DNA of 64,000 bases from Cyanobacteriota bacterium. GTDB lineage: Bacteria; Cyanobacteriota; Cyanobacteriia; Thermostichales; Thermostichaceae. Below, piece after piece: positions 59,040 through 64,000 of this stretch. Where the stretch lies: NCBI GenBank assembly GCA_033764955.1, contig JANRIL010000020.1, positions 32,001 through 96,000 of the forward strand. The letters are read 5' to 3'. The notes under the pieces are model-generated. The model had not been told where the DNA came from. It ran no database searches and saw nothing but the letters and a program-made list of their open reading frames with translations. A program made the position numbers and the translations under genes. Position 1 is the first letter of the stretch. Each line of letters opens with the position of its first letter.

Positions 59040-59383
59040 CACTTCTCCCCCCCTTCAAGTGTGGGATCCCCCTGACCGGATCGATAACTCCGCCAAATGC
59101 GATAGGCGGCGATAGCCAGGGTGATATTACCAATTAGCGTAGCCGTGGCTTGGGTGGTGACGATCCACGCTAGGCTCGGATCATTCTCAAAAAAGTGCCA
59201 GGTGAGGGCACACATGGCTCCAACCAAAGCGGGCAACATCCCCCAACACAGCCAACGCCACTCTCGCTGCTCTGCCGGACGGCTAAATTGCCAAACCCAG
59301 AAGATAGCGGCTATCCACTCCACGACACTTGCCAGATGGATCCACCAGGTCGGCAGAGAGAGGGCATTCATGGGGTTAGCCAA
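59039..59383 (-). CDS. DUF2499 / Ycf49-like protein
   Basis: ALSLPTWWIHLASVVEW, AMCALTWHFF. Confidence 0.88.
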   Translation of the reverse strand: MANPMNALSLPTWWIHLASVVEWIAAIFWVWQFSRPAEQREWRWLCWGMLPALVGAMCALTWHFFENDPSLAWIVTTQATATLIGNITLAIAAYRIWRSYRSGQGDPTLEGGEK

Positions 59384-59558
59384 TCAAAGAACTGCGTAGC
59401 AGATTACGATAGGTTGCCTCTTGCAGCAACATCTGTTTGTGTAACTTGACCAAAAATTCTTGAGCTTGTTCGGGACTCATCCGTTCCACCATCGTCTCAA
59501 AAGCTCGTTGACGAAATTGCTGCTCCAACGAAAGTCCCTCAAAATCATCCATAGCCAT
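59376..59558 (-). CDS. nblA: Phycobilisome degradation protein
   Basis: LSLEQQF..RAF..MS.EQAQEFLVKL.KQM. Confidence 0.9.
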   Translation of the reverse strand: MAMDDFEGLSLEQQFRQRAFETMVERMSPEQAQEFLVKLHKQMLLQEATYRNLLRSSLIG

Positions 59559-59635
59559 AACTCCTCAAAAGGTCAGAAGATTTTTCGTGCTAGTAGTGCG
59601 ACCAGGTGCGATGCGAGTGTTATGCAAGTTCTATC

Positions 59636-59653
59636 AATGTAACAAATTGTAAG
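59636..59653 (-). promoter_or_regulatory. HLR1 (RpaB) motif upstream of nblA
   Basis: Minus strand CTTACAAT-TT-GTTACATT direct repeat. Confidence 0.55.
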
Positions 59654-59989
59654 CAAATGACAAGGCGGGGTCAGATGGTGGTAGAGGAGTTGTGGACAAG
59701 CTTACCCAAAAATTGTGAAAACGGATCGTGGTTCCAAGAAAGCGTAGAAGAGTGCTACAAAGCGTAGCGGCTATTGGATACTGCCCTACGCAGGAGGGAG
59801 GTTCTGATCACTATAAACTTTTTTTGCGGAATTGCCGCTATGACGGCTGACCCGATAGAGAAGGGATCCCTGAGTCAAGACCCCAAAAACCCGCCCAGAT
59901 TGACCGGACGGGCAAAGGGATCCCTTTGAGGAGAAGAAAAATCTACGGAAAGGCTTAATCCTGGTTTTTTCTGCCTTTAGTGAGGGGCT

Positions 59990-61837
59990 CTAGCGGGTGA
60001 GGCGGGTCAGCAGGTCATTAGAGCGCTGCACAAAGGTACGGGCGGTGGCGGCATCAAAGCTCTTTTGAGAGATCAGCGCCAGATCATAGATGTGGTTACA
60101 GATTTGCTGCACCAAATCGGGATCCCGACCAGCATCCACCATCGATTGCAGATTTTGCACCAACGGATGAGCGGTGTTGACCACCAGCGTATGCTCTTCC
60201 AGAAATTCCATTGGCTTTTGCTGCATCAGGGCATTGAGTTCTTGCAGGCGACGGAGCGCCTCCGGCAAGAGAATGATCGCGGGAACAGACTCCGATTTGA
60301 GGGCTTCCGCCTTGACTTGCAGCTTGTCTTTGCCAAGGGAGCGCTTGAAGAGATCAACGAGCATCTCAGAGCGGGTTTTCTGGGTGGTGGGATCCACAAT
60401 ATCAGCCGCTCTATCTTTGTTGACTAACGATTCATCCAGCTCCGAATCTACCCGCTTAAACTTGAGGTCGGGGTATTTTTGTTCAAGGAAACTACTAAAG
60501 TGACTATCAATCCAATTATCAAACACTAACACCTCTAAACCCTGGGCTTGGTGCAGATCAATATAGGAACTTTGAGCCGCCTCATCGGTAGCATAGTAAA
60601 CGCGCTGACCTTGTTTTTCCTGATTGCGATCCAAATAGGTTTGGAGGGTCACATACTCCGACTCAGCTAAGCCTTGCTTGGCTACTCGAAAGAGCAAAAT
60701 ATCTTTGACCTGCTCATAAAATTTGTCACTGTTCATCACTCCAAATTTGGTGAAGAGGCTGATATCTGGCCATACCTTCACATATTGGGCATAATCTTCT
60801 TTGAACAACTCATTGAGGCGATCCCCGACTTTTTTGGCCACATGATCCCCAATCCGCCGCACCGTTCGATCATTTTGCAAAAAGCTACGGGAGACATTCA
60901 AGGGGATGTCGGGGCTATCCACGGCTCCCCGTAAAGGCAGAAGAAACTTAGGGATCACTTCCTCACAATTATCTTGAACAAATACCTGATTGCAGAAAAG
61001 TTTAACCTGCCCCTTGGTGGGATCAATATCCGGTCTCAGCTTAGGAAAATAAAGGATCCCTTGCACCATAAACGGGTAATCGGTGTTGATATGTACCCAA
61101 AACAAAGGATCTTCTTGAAAGGGATAAAGATAGCGATAAAACTCCAGATAGTCTTCCTCCTTGAGTTCGGAAGGAGAAGTTCGCCAGAGGGGTTTTTGTT
61201 TGTTAGCGACTTCCCCATTCAACTTGATGGGAACCGCAATAAAATCACAATATTTGCGAATCAGTTCCCGCAGACGCGACACTTCTAAATATTCCTCTTC
61301 CCCATCAGCAATGTGCAGGGTGATGGTGGTTCCTACAGTGCCGCGATCGGAATCGGAGAGGGTAAACGCAGTGGTTCCATCACAAGACCAATGAACCGCT
61401 GCACTGTTGGCCTGATAAGAAAGAGTATCGATTTCTACGGTTTTTGCCACCATAAAGGAAGAATAAAACCCCAGGCCAAAATGCCCAATGATAGCCTGAT
61501 TACTATCCGTGCCCTTATATTTTTGAACAAACTCTTCAGCGCTAGAAAAAGCAACTTGATTAATATATTTTTTGACCTCATCCGCCGTCATACCCAGGCC
61601 ATTATCGCTGACGGTGATCAAGCGTTTGTCTTTATCCACGGTGACCACAATTTCAGGATCCCCGCTGGTGGAGGTTTCTCCAGCCAAGTGAGCCATTTTT
61701 AATTTGGAAATCGCATCCGCCGCGTTAGAAATTAACTCCCGCAAGAAAATCTCACGATCCGAATAGAGGGATTGCTTGATGATCGGAAAAATATTTTCGG
61801 TATGAATCGTAATGTTTCCTTGTTCTTGCATGGCCAC
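59990..61837 (-). CDS. htpG: Chaperone HtpG (Hsp90)
   Basis: IFLRELISNA, DNGLGM, IGHFGLGFYS, PLNVSRS. Confidence 0.96.
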   Translation of the reverse strand: MAMQEQGNITIHTENIFPIIKQSLYSDREIFLRELISNAADAISKLKMAHLAGETSTSGDPEIVVTVDKDKRLITVSDNGLGMTADEVKKYINQVAFSSAEEFVQKYKGTDSNQAIIGHFGLGFYSSFMVAKTVEIDTLSYQANSAAVHWSCDGTTAFTLSDSDRGTVGTTITLHIADGEEEYLEVSRLRELIRKYCDFIAVPIKLNGEVANKQKPLWRTSPSELKEEDYLEFYRYLYPFQEDPLFWVHINTDYPFMVQGILYFPKLRPDIDPTKGQVKLFCNQVFVQDNCEEVIPKFLLPLRGAVDSPDIPLNVSRSFLQNDRTVRRIGDHVAKKVGDRLNELFKEDYAQYVKVWPDISLFTKFGVMNSDKFYEQVKDILLFRVAKQGLAESEYVTLQTYLDRNQEKQGQRVYYATDEAAQSSYIDLHQAQGLEVLVFDNWIDSHFSSFLEQKYPDLKFKRVDSELDESLVNKDRAADIVDPTTQKTRSEMLVDLFKRSLGKDKLQVKAEALKSESVPAIILLPEALRRLQELNALMQQKPMEFLEEHTLVVNTAHPLVQNLQSMVDAGRDPDLVQQICNHIYDLALISQKSFDAATARTFVQRSNDLLTRLTR

Positions 61838-62043
61838 TTACTCCAGCCCGTTGATAGATAACCGCCCGCACGCCCCCAGGATATTCACCCATTCATTCCC
61901 AAGTTTCGTGCCAGCCTAGTGACCAGCATAAGAGCTGGGGGGAGTGTGCCTCTATGCCAGAAATCCGTACTGCTGGGTAGGGATCCCTGACGGGTTATAA
62001 CCAATGAAAAGCGCGAGCAATGGCTTGAGTGGCTGGGATCCAA

Positions 62044-62757
62044 ATGGCGAATGAGATTCTGTTGGTCGAAGATGATGCGGAGATTGCGGAGTTAGTCCGT
62101 CTTTATCTCGCGAAAGATGGGTTTAACTGCCACTGGATTCAGGATGGGGCGATGGCGGTGGCAGCCTTTCAAGACCATCCGGTTCCGTTGATCATTTTGG
62201 ATTTGATGCTGCCCCATCTAGACGGGCTAGAGATCTGCACGCAAATTCGGCAAAGTCCTGGCGGAAAAGCCCCCTACATTTTGATGTTGACGGCGCGGGG
62301 AGAAGAAATGGACCGGATTATCGGACTTTCGACGGGGGCAGATGACTATATTGTCAAACCCTTTAGCCCCCGCGAGTTGGTCGCCAGGGTACGGGCACTG
62401 TTGCGGCGATCCCTGCGGCAAACTGCCCCTGTCAATACCCTCCAAACCTGCCATTTTTGGGTCGATCTCGATCAACGGCTGGCCAAACGGGCGGGGGATC
62501 CCCTGGACTTAACGACGCTGGAGTTTGAACTGTTGGCGGTGTTGATGCGGCATCCCGGACGAGTTTGGACACGCTCCCAACTCATTGATCGGCTGTGGGG
62601 GCATGATTTTTTTGGTGATGAGCGGGTAGTAGATACCCATGTGGCTCGCCTCCGCAAAAAAATTGAATGGGATCCCTCCCAGCCCAGCTTCATCAAGACC
62701 GTGATCGGCGTAGGCTACAAATTTGAAGACGAAGAGGGCGATCGGAGCGGATCCTAG
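62044..62757 (+). CDS. OmpR-family response regulator
   Basis: LVEDD, LDLMLP, GADDYIVKPF, VDTHVARLRKK, TVIGVGY. Confidence 0.93.
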   Translation: MANEILLVEDDAEIAELVRLYLAKDGFNCHWIQDGAMAVAAFQDHPVPLIILDLMLPHLDGLEICTQIRQSPGGKAPYILMLTARGEEMDRIIGLSTGADDYIVKPFSPRELVARVRALLRRSLRQTAPVNTLQTCHFWVDLDQRLAKRAGDPLDLTTLEFELLAVLMRHPGRVWTRSQLIDRLWGHDFFGDERVVDTHVARLRKKIEWDPSQPSFIKTVIGVGYKFEDEEGDRSGS

Positions 62758-63184
62758 CCATTGTGACCGGCATCAGTCGAAGGACTTCACGGCCAATGGG
62801 GGATCCCTTGCTCTCTCGATCCAAAATTCTCTCCTCCCTGGCAATAAACAAAAACTAATCCAAGTTTAATCAGCGAATAAAGTCCCGGTAATCCACAAAA
62901 AATATTATCTCATCCTCGTTTTTTCTCTTGTCTTTATTGGATTCAGGGTGCAGCGTTATGCTGAGGAGCAGTCAGTTTTGTCTCTCTCCTATGCCGCAAG
63001 ATTTGGATAGGTGAGTTGAGGGATCCCTAACTATTCCTGACGATTTTGGTTGGGATCTGACTCCATTCGATGAGACCCCTTTCGTGACAGCAAAATCAAT
63101 GATCAACCTCTCGGAAGAAGAGTATAGTTTTAGCAAAAGCTGTCGCTTTTCAGGATTGCCCGCTAGTCTCGGAGATACTTGACC

Positions 63185-64000
63185 ATGCTGGATCATCGGA
63201 CTCAGAAGATTACGGCTCCGGCTACTCCGGTCAATGCCACTAGTCCCGAACAATTCATGGAAAAGATCCTGGAGGCAACCCGTCTCGAACAAGCGGGGGA
63301 TTTGGCGGAGGCGCAAACCATCTACGAACAGGTTGTTGCTCAGGATCCCCAAGGCAACTACGGCAAAATGGCTCGCAAAGCCCTGAATGCCCTCACTCCC
63401 AACCTGCCCGCCGCGCTTACCCTGGCAACTCCTACTCAAGCCTCTGCTCCCTCCCCTCCTGTCAAAGTGGGTCGGTTCCAGTGGCAAAATCTCAGCCTGC
63501 GAACCAAACAAACCCTGCTGCTGACGGCGGCGGCGGCGGTGCCGATTGTCAGCCTGACGGCGGTCAACCTGATCATTGCTCAAGAGAGTGCTGGCAGAAG
63601 CTTTGACGGCATTTTGACGCAAGCTGAGGCCGCCCTGCGCGAGGAATATATCGAATGGATCCGCGATGAGAGCTTAACGCAGGCGGATGCCTTAGCCCGC
63701 TTGATCGAAGACTCCGGCATCAACCTGAACAACCCAGAAGTTGTGAACCAAAACCGTGTTCTGCTGCAATCGATCACCTACAACGCATTTGGGGCTTTTG
63801 ACAACGTTAACCCCGAACTCACCAAAAGCTTTCGTCTGATTACCGATGCGAAGGGGACGACGGTTGTTCAATACACCCAGATTTATGATGATGACTATAG
63901 TAACTACCCTCCTCTGCCCACCGAAGAGTTTAATACACGGTTTTCCCTGGCTTCCTCCCGTCCCGGTACCAATATCAGCGATCTGCCCATCTTTCAAGCA
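63185..64000 (+). CDS. Membrane sensor, probably a methyl-accepting chemotaxis protein (N-terminal part, runs off window end)
   Basis: Manual translation: TPR-like EQAGDLAEAQTIYEQVV, WQNLSLRTK plus TM, then extracytoplasmic domain; open to window end. Confidence 0.6.
   Translation, partial: MLDHRTQKITAPATPVNATSPEQFMEKILEATRLEQAGDLAEAQTIYEQVVAQDPQGNYGKMARKALNALTPNLPAALTLATPTQASAPSPPVKVGRFQWQNLSLRTKQTLLLTAAAAVPIVSLTAVNLIIAQESAGRSFDGILTQAEAALREEYIEWIRDESLTQADALARLIEDSGINLNNPEVVNQNRVLLQSITYNAFGAFDNVNPELTKSFRLITDAKGTTVVQYTQIYDDDYSNYPPLPTEEFNTRFSLASSRPGTNISDLPIFQA

Noticed and set aside
59744..59758. NtcA site upstream of nblA
   Set aside because: GTA..TAC spacing is 9, not 8
59889..59915. CCGGACGG motif as another attC
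   Set aside because: Short hairpin downstream of htpG without AAC/GTT cores; more likely a terminator
62972..63997. Minus-strand ORFs of 216, 65 and 101 aa
   Set aside because: Antisense shadows of the + strand sensor gene starting at 63185

Overview
Cyanobacterial chromosome window. The very frequent GGGATCCC octamer (HIP1 variant) points to the Thermostichus / hot-spring Synechococcus lineage (inference). Most of it is housekeeping and photosynthesis-related: radA, mnmA, psb30, hemA, glpX, ribD, rpsP, petF, tRNA-Ala(CGC), gdhA, acsF, SLH porin, lptB/lptF-G, nblA, htpG. The main non-obvious signal is a set of integron attC sites with no integrase in the window. (1) A three-cassette array (Sll1717-type P-loop ATPase, cupin, SnoaL; 54377-57356) has complementary core sites and is inserted into a decayed Mu-like prophage head module between MuF-toxin and gpG remnants. 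That island is bracketed by a diverged duplication of a host gene 3' end. (2) Two solitary cassettes carry related attC sites: a frameshifted C5 methyltransferase at 1.8-3.3 kb and a DUF6888/DUF6887 pair disrupted by a 90-bp MITE at 44.8-45.4 kb. Also notable are an McdA/McdB-like ParA pair and a cluster of three unusual surface lipoproteins. All family assignments come from motif recognition, not database searches.
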